A stretch of DNA of 36,406 bases from positions 1-36,406 of the forward strand of contig JBNPEG010000126.1 in NCBI GenBank assembly GCA_051117555.1, given 5' to 3'. Under the pieces are notes generated by a model. It was not told where the DNA came from. It did no database searches and worked only from the letters and a program-made list of their open reading frames with translations. Below, piece after piece: positions 9,159-18,663 of the stretch (position 1 is the first letter of the stretch; each line of letters starts with the position of its first letter). This DNA comes from Elainellaceae cyanobacterium (GTDB taxonomy: Bacteria; Cyanobacteriota; Cyanobacteriia; CAZCXK01). Both the position numbers and the translations under genes were made by a program.

Positions 9159-10118
9159 GTGATGGCGATGAAAGGGATTTGGCGCGGGATATTGGGTGTG
9201 ATGGTGGCGTTAATCACCTGCCTTAGCATCATCGGCGGGAATGCCCGTTCTCATGCCCAAACGTCTCCAACTCCGCTGTCTCTAGATACTGCCGGATTGA
9301 CGCTAGAACAACTGGCAGATGGCGTGTATGGGTTGATCGCCAGGACAGATTTTCCGCCCCAAGATCCAGCCACAACCGCAATCTGCAATGGCGGAATTGT
9401 AATCGGAACGGATGGCGTTTTGGTCATCGATCCATTTCAAAATGAAGCCTTGGGCAATCTAATGTTTGAAACGGTTGATAGTTTGACCGATCAGCCCGTC
9501 ACCTATGTGGTGAATACGCATTACCACTTTGATCACACAGGTGGGAATCCGGCGGCTCAGGCAAGGGAGGTGCCCATTGTCGGGCGAGGGCCGATTCGAG
9601 ACTATATGATCACGCGCAATGCGGAGATGGACCCCAATCCGACTCCTCCTGATGTCGTGGTCAATGGCGCAACGGCGATTTGGTTGGGCGATCGCCAGGT
9701 TTATATTGAAGAAGTGGAAGGGCATTCGAGCGGTACCGACATCATTGCCTACGTGCCTGGGGCAGATGTGCTATTCGCGGGAGATATGGTGTTTCACCAG
9801 CGCATTCCCTACTTAGGAGATGGCAGCATTCGCCAGTGGCAAGCGAGTCTTGCCTACCTGATGGAAACCTATCCCACGGCTACGGTCTTACCTGGGCATG
9901 GCGATGTGACCAACGTGAGCGGCCTAGACGCGCAGCGAACTTACTTTGAAACTCTTGAACAGCGTGCCCTCTCGTGGCAAGTGCAAAATCTGAGTCAAGA
10001 GGAGGCGATCGCCATGAGTTCTGAAATCCCTGCTGCCTATCAAGATTATTTATTCCAAGCTCTCTATCCGGGCAATCTAGACGTTGCTTATCAGCAAATT
10101 ACGCTAAACGATGAATAA
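9159..10118 (+). CDS. Exported MBL-fold metallo-hydrolase
   Basis: Signal-peptide-like N-terminus (cleavage near SHA-Q), THYHFDHTGG, GH, FAGD and PGHG metal-binding motifs. Confidence 0.88.
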   Translation: MMAMKGIWRGILGVMVALITCLSIIGGNARSHAQTSPTPLSLDTAGLTLEQLADGVYGLIARTDFPPQDPATTAICNGGIVIGTDGVLVIDPFQNEALGNLMFETVDSLTDQPVTYVVNTHYHFDHTGGNPAAQAREVPIVGRGPIRDYMITRNAEMDPNPTPPDVVVNGATAIWLGDRQVYIEEVEGHSSGTDIIAYVPGADVLFAGDMVFHQRIPYLGDGSIRQWQASLAYLMETYPTATVLPGHGDVTNVSGLDAQRTYFETLEQRALSWQVQNLSQEEAIAMSSEIPAAYQDYLFQALYPGNLDVAYQQITLNDE

Positions 10119-10131
10119 GAGATAAGAGTGT

Positions 10132-10195
10132 AGATCCCCGGCTTCTGTGAGACTCAACAGGCATGGATAAGCCTCATTAAAGAAGCCGGGGATTT
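10132..10195. repeat. Inverted repeat between convergent genes (REP-like element or bidirectional terminator)
   Basis: AGATCCCCGGCTTCT...AGAAGCCGGGGATTT arms, 14/15 complementary. Confidence 0.7.
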
Positions 10196-10207
10196 GCTCT
10201 ATACGCG

Positions 10208-12163
10208 TTAACTAACAACAAAGCCTCGCTGGGTTTGGCGATCGCGAATCTCGTTTAAATCTCCAACGGGAATTGCAGAAATCAACTGCTGGGTATACGT
10301 CTTTTGTGGCTGTTGATAAATCTGCTCAGCAGGCCCAATTTCCTCAATTTTGCCTCGGTTCATTACCATGATGCGATCGCTCATAAATTTCACTACGCTC
10401 AAATCATGGGAGATGAAGATATAGGTCAGCCCAAATTCTTCTTGAAGCTCTTTAAGCAAATTCAACACCTGAGCCTGCACCGATACGTCTAAGGCTGACA
10501 CAGACTCATCGCAAATAATAAACTTAGGATTTAGAGCTAGTGCTCGGGCAATACAAATACGTTGGCGCTGCCCGCCCGAAAACTCATGAGGATATCGATC
10601 TTGACATTCAGGAAGCATCCCGACCCGGTCAAGCAGATATGACACCCGCTCTCGCCGCTGACGACGGCTCATGCCGATGCCGTGGATTTTGAGCGGCTCT
10701 ACTACAGCCTCACCGATTGTGATGCGCGGATCGAGTGAGCTAAACGGATCTTGGAAAATAATTTGCATCTCGCGGCGAAGTCGTCGCAGACGTTTGCCAG
10801 TCAGCTTAGTGATGTCTCGATTCTCAAAAATAATTTGACCGCCCATTGGCTTGATCAGGCGCAATAGGGCGCGTGCCAGCGTCGTCTTGCCACAGCCTGA
10901 CTCACCCACTAAGCCCAGCGTTTCCCCTGGATAGACTTCAAACGAAACGCCGTTGACCGCCATGATATAGCGCTGGGTTTGACCAAAGACGCCGCGCACC
11001 GGAAACCCAACCTGAAAATTTTGAATCGAGAGCAATGGGGCTTTGGTCTGGAGCTCAGCCAGGCGCTGATTTGCGTCCGCTTCACTCACTTCAGCCTGAA
11101 GCTTGAGTTCCAGCGATTCATCCTTGTCTCGTTCTTGAATGGTGGATTCGCCGGTAGGCGATGTCACAACCTCCATAAAGTCAGTAATCGTAGGCAGATA
11201 TTGCATACGGCGATCGGGACGGGGGCGGCATGCAAGCAACCCTTTCGTATAGGGATGTTGAGGATTTGAAAAAATTTGCCAGATTGAACCGTATTCAACG
11301 ACTTTGCCCTGATACATCACGGCAACAAAGTCTGCAATCTCAGCGATAATGCCGAGGTCATGGGTAATGAACATCATCGACATTCCCCGGCGATCGCGCA
11401 GTTCGCGCAGCAGGTCTAAAATGGTTGCCTGCACGGTAACATCCAACGCGGTTGTGGGTTCGTCCGCAATCAGCAGCGATGGATTGCACGATATAGCCAT
11501 CGCAATCATCACCCGCTGAATTTGCCCACCCGATAATTCGTGAGGGTAGCGGTCGAGAATTGCCAACTTATGACGATTCACCTGCTGCTGAATCTCGGAT
11601 TCCGACGGTTGAGCCGAGGCTGCCCCATTTCCATTTGCAGAGGCAACAGAACCAAACTTACGTCTGCGCCAAGCCCCTACACAAGTTTCTCGGAGTTCCT
11701 CATCACTAGGCAACAGTTTGACCTCTTGAAGCAGACTGACAGCTTGCCGTCGCGCCTCCTTCTTAGAAATATCTTGATGGCGACGAATCGCCTCAACAAG
11801 CTGAAATCCGCATGTATAAACCGGGTTCAGAGAGCTTAGCGGCTCCTGGAAAATCATGGAAACCTTGCCGCCTCGATATTGCTGCATTTGCTCAGGAGGC
11901 AAACTTAGCAGATTAACCCGATCGATGCCGCGCTGAACGTCACTAAACCAGGTTTCGCCCGCTGTAATATTTCCCGGTGGACTAGGCACCAACCCCATCA
12001 CCGCTAAGGACGTAACCGATTTGCCAGATCCGGATTCGCCTACAATACCGACTGTTTGACCGCGCTTGACCTGAAATGAAACATCATCAACTGCTTTAAT
12101 AATGCGTTCATCAGCTTGGAACTGTACGTGGAGATTGCGAACATCAAGAATTGTGTCACTCAT
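10208..12163 (-). CDS. Peptide/nickel-type ABC transporter ATP-binding protein with two fused ATPase domains (DppD/DppF-like)
   Basis: Walker A GESGSGKS and GESGCGKT, signatures LSGGQ and FSGGQ, Walker B DEPT and DESV, HPYT motif. Confidence 0.95.
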   Translation of the reverse strand: MSDTILDVRNLHVQFQADERIIKAVDDVSFQVKRGQTVGIVGESGSGKSVTSLAVMGLVPSPPGNITAGETWFSDVQRGIDRVNLLSLPPEQMQQYRGGKVSMIFQEPLSSLNPVYTCGFQLVEAIRRHQDISKKEARRQAVSLLQEVKLLPSDEELRETCVGAWRRRKFGSVASANGNGAASAQPSESEIQQQVNRHKLAILDRYPHELSGGQIQRVMIAMAISCNPSLLIADEPTTALDVTVQATILDLLRELRDRRGMSMMFITHDLGIIAEIADFVAVMYQGKVVEYGSIWQIFSNPQHPYTKGLLACRPRPDRRMQYLPTITDFMEVVTSPTGESTIQERDKDESLELKLQAEVSEADANQRLAELQTKAPLLSIQNFQVGFPVRGVFGQTQRYIMAVNGVSFEVYPGETLGLVGESGCGKTTLARALLRLIKPMGGQIIFENRDITKLTGKRLRRLRREMQIIFQDPFSSLDPRITIGEAVVEPLKIHGIGMSRRQRRERVSYLLDRVGMLPECQDRYPHEFSGGQRQRICIARALALNPKFIICDESVSALDVSVQAQVLNLLKELQEEFGLTYIFISHDLSVVKFMSDRIMVMNRGKIEEIGPAEQIYQQPQKTYTQQLISAIPVGDLNEIRDRQTQRGFVVS

Positions 12164-12535
12164 GGAAGTTCAGGCGAGAGTCAAACCAACAAACTGCGAT
12201 GGGAATTTAGACGGATTGTAACACTGGCTAATCATGATCTGAGGAATCATTGTCTTCTAAATCGAGTGATAGGTAGCCTGTCGAGTTGATTAATCCACAA
12301 AACCCTTGACGAGAATGGCTAGAAGTCAGAGCTGTCCTCGCAGATCTGACCTGCGCTGAATTCAAAACTCCGCGAAGGCGTTTTTCTATACGGCAGTTTA
12401 CTCGTTGAGCAGCAGCTTTGTGTCTACAACCGCTGTAAACAAAAATTGCTTCCAAGAGGCTTGGCAAGCCTATGACACTTGTCAATACCTACATTGTTCA
12501 ATAGCGGCTAGGTACAAAATGTCCAAAAATGACAT

Positions 12536-13654
12536 TTACACCGGACGTCGGCTACGCCACCGTCTCAGCATAATGGGGATACGCACACTAAAGAGAGTAA
12601 GTAACGACACGGCAGTCTGTAAACTTCGGTAGCGTCGAATGAGATACCACGTCGCAGACGGGCTGAGCCACAATCCCTTGTGGGTGGAGAGATAACGGGC
12701 AAGGTTAACTCCACTCAGGGGCGATCGCAGCACATTTGAGAGTTCGAGACTTGGAGGCAGGCGATTTAAACGCCCAGATGAATCATACCGGGCATTCACC
12801 CACGATGATTCTTGTCCGGTATATGTTTTGGCTTCAGGGTGTCCAAAGCCAATGTTCTTAACGAATGATGTGGTCGGAATAATATGTATTTTGTCTTTAG
12901 AAAGAGCTCCGAGCGTCAGAGCAATGACCCAATCATTTTGACGATTTTTCTCAATCCAGAATTGGTTCACCATCGTCAATTTAGTTTGAACGGTTGCTGG
13001 AATTTTATAGAAACTACCAAATGGATTATATTGAGGCGGTTGATTTGGCAGATCTATCTCGTGCCACCGATCTGACCAAATCCCAAACCCCCACGAAAAT
13101 ACGCGATTTGACACAATAAAATCTGCATCAGTCACATCTCCTAATTCACCCGGTAAACTTGCATACGCGCTAACTGAAAATACTTTTGGATGATTGCGAT
13201 AGGCTTCTAACAATCGACACATTCGATCATAAAAATGAGGATTAGGAACAATATCATCTTCCAAATACACTAACGAATCATAGGTCGAAAGAACCTCCTC
13301 TAGCCCCCAAATTATATTGAGATTTCCAGATGGATGACGCCCCAAATTATGCGCTCGTTGCACAACCTTCACCGGAATTGTATTAGAGAATTCGTGCAAT
13401 AGTGAGACGCATTGATTGATTAGATTCTCATCCCGTTGCTTTCGTGGACCATCGACAAAGGCAATCACGCGCTGAGGGCGCAAAGACTGCTGGCTGATGC
13501 CTAAAAGAACCTCATTCAGTAGATCAGGACGGGTAAATGCAACTAAAACTAAGGGGGGCAGTTCGCTAGGTAGAGCTACATCGTCTAACGAAACTGGATA
13601 GTCTGATGAGCGGTTTATGGATTCCATAGCAACTGCTTGATGAGAGTGATTCAT
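12536..13654 (-). CDS. GT-A fold (GT2-like) glycosyltransferase
   Basis: VLVAFTRPD, FVDGPR, YLEDDI (DxD-like) and SWGFGIW.DRW. Start uncertain. Confidence 0.75.
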   Translation of the reverse strand: MNHSHQAVAMESINRSSDYPVSLDDVALPSELPPLVLVAFTRPDLLNEVLLGISQQSLRPQRVIAFVDGPRKQRDENLINQCVSLLHEFSNTIPVKVVQRAHNLGRHPSGNLNIIWGLEEVLSTYDSLVYLEDDIVPNPHFYDRMCRLLEAYRNHPKVFSVSAYASLPGELGDVTDADFIVSNRVFSWGFGIWSDRWHEIDLPNQPPQYNPFGSFYKIPATVQTKLTMVNQFWIEKNRQNDWVIALTLGALSKDKIHIIPTTSFVKNIGFGHPEAKTYTGQESSWVNARYDSSGRLNRLPPSLELSNVLRSPLSGVNLARYLSTHKGLWLSPSATWYLIRRYRSLQTAVSLLTLFSVRIPIMLRRWRSRRPV

Positions 13655-13936
13655 GTCTAGTTATCAAAATGGGTCGCAGATGATGTGTTGGTTCTACTCA
13701 CGCACAACAATTTTCCACGTTGGCATCTGCTTAAAGATAGTTTTTTCCCAAAAAAATGTGGATTTAGTAATCTACACATCTCTCAAATTCTGAGAGTTTT
13801 GAGAGAATCATCTCACTGTTGAATGATTCTATGTCTGGAAATGACCTGATTGACTGACAAAACTCTTAATGCCGAGGGGGCAGTCATCGGGTTAACGTCT
13901 GTATCGATTGCAAATAGTCGTGTGTGAGACCTGAGG

Positions 13937-14299
13937 GTGTTCCAAATGATGCTTTTCTTCATGTTGTTACTTGCCGGCTTCGCGTTGGCACTGATTGTCT
14001 TTCGAAAGTTCGAGCGATCGCAAAATCTGAATTCTCGTCGATATCAGGTGATCGAATCTCTGAGAGAAAAAGATAAACACGATTTGGAGCTTTCGAGAGA
14101 ACTCAATTTGCGTGTGAAAGACGTTCACCGGATTCTTCATCGCATGGAGAAGCAAGGACTCGTCCGCAGTTACTGGGGCGGGCTTGTCCTGATCACACGG
14201 CGTGGACTGCGATATCGCTTCTATGCTCTGGCAAAGAAATCAACTGATGTGCAAAACGCTCCCCTTTATAAAACCCCGGTGAATCTTACTCGACATTAG
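13937..14299 (+). CDS. Putative membrane-anchored winged-helix (PadR-like) protein
   Basis: N-terminal hydrophobic helix followed by ELSRELN....VHRILHRMEKQGLVRSYW.....RYRFYAL, similar to the PadR recognition helix and wing. Confidence 0.6.
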   Translation: MFQMMLFFMLLLAGFALALIVFRKFERSQNLNSRRYQVIESLREKDKHDLELSRELNLRVKDVHRILHRMEKQGLVRSYWGGLVLITRRGLRYRFYALAKKSTDVQNAPLYKTPVNLTRH

Positions 14300-15291
14300 G
14301 GAGCGTGAACCGAGCCATCTGGTAAGACAGCGCCTGATAAGTCGGCACCCGTCAGGTTCGCGCTACTCAGCTCTGCACGAATAAAACTGGCATCAATCAA
14401 GATTGCATTGGTGAGGTTTGCCCTGGCCAGATACGCGTCTGCAAAATTAGCGTCTCTCAGATTTGTGCCACATAACACCGTGCGACTTAGATCCGCACGA
14501 GTGAGTTTGACACCTTCTAAATTTGCCCAAACCAGATTGGCTTTGTCTAACTTCGCATCGGGCATGATCGCGCCTTTGAGAGTTGCGCTAGCAAGGTCGG
14601 CTTCGCTCAGATGCGATCGCTCTGATTTGGCATTGGCTAAATTGGCGCCCCGAAGATTAGCGCCCGTTAGATTACTGTCAGAAAGAAACGCTCCGCTTAA
14701 GTTTGCCTCACTCAAATCAGCCCCTTGCAAATCCGCCTCTCGCAAGGTGGCTTCGCTCAGGTTTGCACCGCGCAAGTCAACCTTAGCCAAATCGGCTCCT
14801 GTTAAATTGGCGCCTCGCAAATCGGCTCGACGTAGGTTTGCACCGCGCAAGTTGACTACGTAGCGTCGATTCTCTTCCCGCAGGTTGGCACCCCGCAAAC
14901 ACGCTCCCGTTAAGTTTGCGCCTCCCAAGTCTGCATTACGGAGATCTGCGTCAATCAAATTTGCATCCAGCAGATTCGCCAACGTTAAATTGGCGCTTCG
15001 CAAGTCTGCCCCCTGCAAAATCGCTCCGTGAAGATCGGCGTCTTTTAGGTTGGCCCGAATCAGAGTCGCTTGACTTAGATTTGCCCCACATAGCATAGCG
15101 CCTAGCAAGTTGGCTCGATTAAATTTTGCTCGGTTGAAAAACGTTAACACCAAGGTTGAACTGTGCAAATCAGCACCCGTAAAATCGATGCCGATCAAAT
15201 CAGCACCCGCCAAATCAATCCCGCTAAGATTGAGCCCACAAAAGTCAATCTGGCTATCCGTATATCGTTGAAGCAGTTCGAGGGTATCCAT
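14296..15291 (-). CDS. Pentapeptide repeat protein
   Basis: Continuous A(D/N)LxxA repeats, N-terminal ELLQRY cap and C-terminal LPDGS. Likely start ATG 15291. Confidence 0.95.
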   Translation of the reverse strand: MDTLELLQRYTDSQIDFCGLNLSGIDLAGADLIGIDFTGADLHSSTLVLTFFNRAKFNRANLLGAMLCGANLSQATLIRANLKDADLHGAILQGADLRSANLTLANLLDANLIDADLRNADLGGANLTGACLRGANLREENRRYVVNLRGANLRRADLRGANLTGADLAKVDLRGANLSEATLREADLQGADLSEANLSGAFLSDSNLTGANLRGANLANAKSERSHLSEADLASATLKGAIMPDAKLDKANLVWANLEGVKLTRADLSRTVLCGTNLRDANFADAYLARANLTNAILIDASFIRAELSSANLTGADLSGAVLPDGSVHAP

Positions 15292-15364
15292 ACGTAGTTT
15301 GGCCTTGAGCCGAGAGAAGTCAAATGCAAGAGATTCAGCCACGTCTCAAAAGGAGCGTGGCAGG

Positions 15365-16792
15365 TTAAGGGCGCTCAGATGGAAGCATTGTGCAGGTTTC
15401 ATCCTCGCTAGCTGCGTAGTCGTGGGATGACGGGCACGGCATCATCAACGTGTCTGCGTCTGGATAATGGGGTTCCCTTGGCGGGGGATCGGATGGGCGA
15501 TCGCTCGACGGTTGAATCTGACAGGTCTGATCTTCTTTTTCCTCAGAATGCGATTGATGTCTACGGGATTGAGAATATGAAAGAGCCGAGCACTGCTCTT
15601 GAGACGGTTGAGTATTATCTCCCGAATTAATCTGTGTAACTTGATATGTGAGCGCAGACTGTCCAAGAGGTGGGGGTGATGAAAAACACACGCCTTTGAT
15701 TGCTCGAAGAATCGCACTCGCCGCCTGAAGATATCGATTAGATTCTTGCGAGACTTTAGCAATGCCGTTGAGGTGATTCTCAAGTTCTTCAAAGGTGGAT
15801 GCAACGTGCAGGAGCGATATCAATAAGTCGTCTAATTCTCGATGTTTAACAAACAACCAGTTGCGATCGCAGCATTCAATCCCCCCTGAAATGGCTGCAA
15901 AGATTAAAACCTTTGCCCGTAGAGGATTGGTATATTTCATAATTTCAATGCGCAAGTTAAACAGATTCGGAGGCTCATTGAGTTGAGGACTCTCGATGGC
16001 TAACGTTGCATTGCTGCTAGCCAGGTGAGCAGCATCGTGGTGTGCGTTTGGGCTTTGCTGATTTGAAGAATGTGTGGATGCAGCACTCACGCAAGCCTGC
16101 GAATGTTTACTGGGTGGTTCAATGAGCGACGTTGATATCAGAGATTCATCGTGAGTCGCATCATCGCCCTGATAAATCCTCATGAATGAGGCTGTAATCC
16201 TATGGGCAATGCGAGTATATTCGTCGGGTTTGTTGAGCGTTTTGATGACACTAATGAGCGCCGCATTGAGAGCCTCTGGTGTCGGGGCGAGGTTGTAGGT
16301 GTCCCGAATTAAGCCCCCCATTGAAAAGGCGTCAAGCTGATTGGGATTATTTTCCCAATGATTTTTACAAATGTAGATCAATAATTTTTTAATTCGATTG
16401 CGATCGCCATCGTGCTCTAACCCATGAGCTACATCTACATATAGGTCTGATAGGAGAGTCGAATTCCACCTCGCCTGCTCTAGATCTGAGTTTTGGGTGT
16501 GGACATAAATACGCTGCAAATGTTGGGTAATGACATGAGCAATTAATGTATATTCAGCAGGTTTGGTCAGCGTTGCAACGGTATGTTTTAAGTATTCATT
16601 GAGTTGGTCAGAGGTCGGGCAAATCGTCAAAAGATGCTGAATTAATTCATGGACGTGATACCCCGAGAGCAGATGCTCATCAGCAACCCAGTGGTGAGTG
16701 CAGGCATAAACCATGAGCTTTTTGACCCGTACCACGTGTTGGGTTTGGGTTAAATCTCGAATCGCTTCGTCTAAGGGAGATAGGGCGGTCAT
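15365..16792 (-). CDS. Hypothetical protein with three copies of a roughly 90-aa helical domain
   Basis: Internal repeats RVKKLMVYAC..HW / RIKKLLIYIC..HW / RAKVLIFAA and TLTKPAEYTLIAH / TLNKPDEYTRIAH. Confidence 0.8.
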   Translation of the reverse strand: MTALSPLDEAIRDLTQTQHVVRVKKLMVYACTHHWVADEHLLSGYHVHELIQHLLTICPTSDQLNEYLKHTVATLTKPAEYTLIAHVITQHLQRIYVHTQNSDLEQARWNSTLLSDLYVDVAHGLEHDGDRNRIKKLLIYICKNHWENNPNQLDAFSMGGLIRDTYNLAPTPEALNAALISVIKTLNKPDEYTRIAHRITASFMRIYQGDDATHDESLISTSLIEPPSKHSQACVSAASTHSSNQQSPNAHHDAAHLASSNATLAIESPQLNEPPNLFNLRIEIMKYTNPLRAKVLIFAAISGGIECCDRNWLFVKHRELDDLLISLLHVASTFEELENHLNGIAKVSQESNRYLQAASAILRAIKGVCFSSPPPLGQSALTYQVTQINSGDNTQPSQEQCSALSYSQSRRHQSHSEEKEDQTCQIQPSSDRPSDPPPREPHYPDADTLMMPCPSSHDYAASEDETCTMLPSERP

Positions 16793-17049
16793 GAACCTGC
16801 TTTGCTAAACGTATGATCTGCCGAAAGTGGGAATATCTCACATAGAGTTCCCAGATCCTGCAAGAGGTTAAAGATTCGACGTTGCAAAGCTATGTCTCTC
16901 TTGACTGCAAATCAAACTCAAGTGTTTCGCACGTGATTCAATCTCTAATTCAGACTCTAATTCAGAATTAATTTGATTTGCGGTGATGGCACTAGCCACT
17001 GCTTGCAATGATACTCATTCTTTTGGCGATCGGCGACATGGGGCAATGG

Positions 17050-18627
17050 CTACAGACATCCCACCTGATGGAGCATCTCAAAATGTCGACTGATTGGCGC
17101 TAGGGTATTTGCCGCGATCATGCCGCTGGCTGCAACAGCCGGTAAGCCAATTCCTGGAAATGTTGAATCACCGCAGCACAGCAATCCTGACAGCGGCGTT
17201 TGCGGCCCCGGAAATAATGACTCTCCGGCACGAATAGCAGGCCCGTATGATCCCCGATGACGACGGAGAAATCGCTCGTGAGTCAAGGGCGTACCAATGA
17301 GCGTCACCTCACACCGAGATCGAATATCTGGAATAACTTTCTCTAGGGCGTTCCACATGACGCGTGCTCGATCGTGCTTTTGGCGAGCATATGCCTCACT
17401 GCGGCGATCCATGCCGTGCCAGATATCGTAGGGTTCATTCCCTGGCGTGTAGACATGCACGACATGCTTACCTGGAGGCGCAAGAGACGAATCAATGAGA
17501 GACGGTATTGAAATTAGCACAACATTTTGAGGGGCTGTGACGCCACCCTCCCAATCGTTGACCACGATATGATGACAAGGCAAATCACTTGGCAATCCTT
17601 CTCCGGCAATGCCTAGATGAAGGTGCATAAAACTGTCACACTCAGGTACGGCTTGCCGTTCTTCAACGAAGGACTTTGGAACCGCACCGTCCGGAATTAG
17701 CTTTAGCGTATCCCACACGGATGCAGCCGAAATGACAGCCTGCCGAGCCCGAATCGTTTTACCGTTCTGCAACCGTACGCCTGCTGCCCGCTTTTGCCCC
17801 ACTACGATATGGTCTACATGAGCATTCAGCACCAGCGCTCCCCCATGACGCTGCAATCCGCTGACGAGGGCGTCGATAAGCGCACCACTGCCTCCAATGG
17901 GATAGTCTAGGGCGACATTGGGGCGATACCAATCGGCAAACATAAACGCCATTTCGGCAGTGCTGGTTCCGCTAGCGGGCAGCCCAGAGAGCAGGAAGCA
18001 TAACAGGTTTAACCAATTTTGAATAAAAGAGTCGTGAACCACGTCATCGATGATTTGGCTGAAAGGCTCTGTCAGCTTGGGCACTCTGACAAGATGCTGA
18101 ATCAATGAGGGAGCAAACCGTCCGACGGTCAGCAATGCGCCCCAATCTGCTCTCAGTGCAGCAGGGGGAATGGCGATCGCCGCGTCTTTTAAGGGTCTCA
18201 TCACCTGTTGGAGCGATCGCCATTCGTGAACGGCCTGTGATCCCCGTAGCGTTGCTAATACCTCACAAAACTGCTCAGCCCCGACCGATGTCTCAAACTG
18301 CCCTTCTGGAAGCCAGCAGCCCCAAGTATCATAGGTTGCACAAGGAAGATCTGCCCCGATGGCATCGAGCACCTGCCGCAATGGATTGGGGGAAGGCGTG
18401 TACGACATGCCTGAATAGAGAGACGGCCCCGAATCAAATGTGAATCCATTACGCTCGAATGCGTGGGCGGCTCCACCTGGAATGGAATGACTTTCACACA
18501 CCATGACCTCAAACCCATACCGGGCGAGCAGCGCAGCACAGCTTAGCCCGCCAACGCCACTGCCTATCACTACAATGTCGGTCGTTGTTTGGTCAGATAG
18601 GGATGCCGACGTGGTCAAATTCTGCAT
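17050..18627 (-). CDS. FAD-dependent oxidoreductase, phytoene dehydrogenase/carotenoid isomerase-like (COG1233)
   Basis: Rossmann motif VIGSGVGGL, FDSGPSL, GTPLTHERF and GDSTFPGIGLPAVAASG. Confidence 0.88.
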   Translation of the reverse strand: MQNLTTSASLSDQTTTDIVVIGSGVGGLSCAALLARYGFEVMVCESHSIPGGAAHAFERNGFTFDSGPSLYSGMSYTPSPNPLRQVLDAIGADLPCATYDTWGCWLPEGQFETSVGAEQFCEVLATLRGSQAVHEWRSLQQVMRPLKDAAIAIPPAALRADWGALLTVGRFAPSLIQHLVRVPKLTEPFSQIIDDVVHDSFIQNWLNLLCFLLSGLPASGTSTAEMAFMFADWYRPNVALDYPIGGSGALIDALVSGLQRHGGALVLNAHVDHIVVGQKRAAGVRLQNGKTIRARQAVISAASVWDTLKLIPDGAVPKSFVEERQAVPECDSFMHLHLGIAGEGLPSDLPCHHIVVNDWEGGVTAPQNVVLISIPSLIDSSLAPPGKHVVHVYTPGNEPYDIWHGMDRRSEAYARQKHDRARVMWNALEKVIPDIRSRCEVTLIGTPLTHERFLRRHRGSYGPAIRAGESLFPGPQTPLSGLLCCGDSTFPGIGLPAVAASGMIAANTLAPISRHFEMLHQVGCL

Positions 18628-18663
18628 AAGAAATTATAAGAACTTGAAATCCTTGAACACACG

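Noticed and set aside
14408..14863. 151-aa antisense ORF, and similar shadow ORFs such as 7036-7278, 22384-22695, 24504-24851 and 29780-29977
   Set aside because: Antisense or alternate-frame shadows of well-supported genes, caused by repeats or codon bias.
17050..18627. Assigning crtH or crtI
   Set aside because: Family is clear, but orthology among COG1233 paralogues cannot be established by eye.
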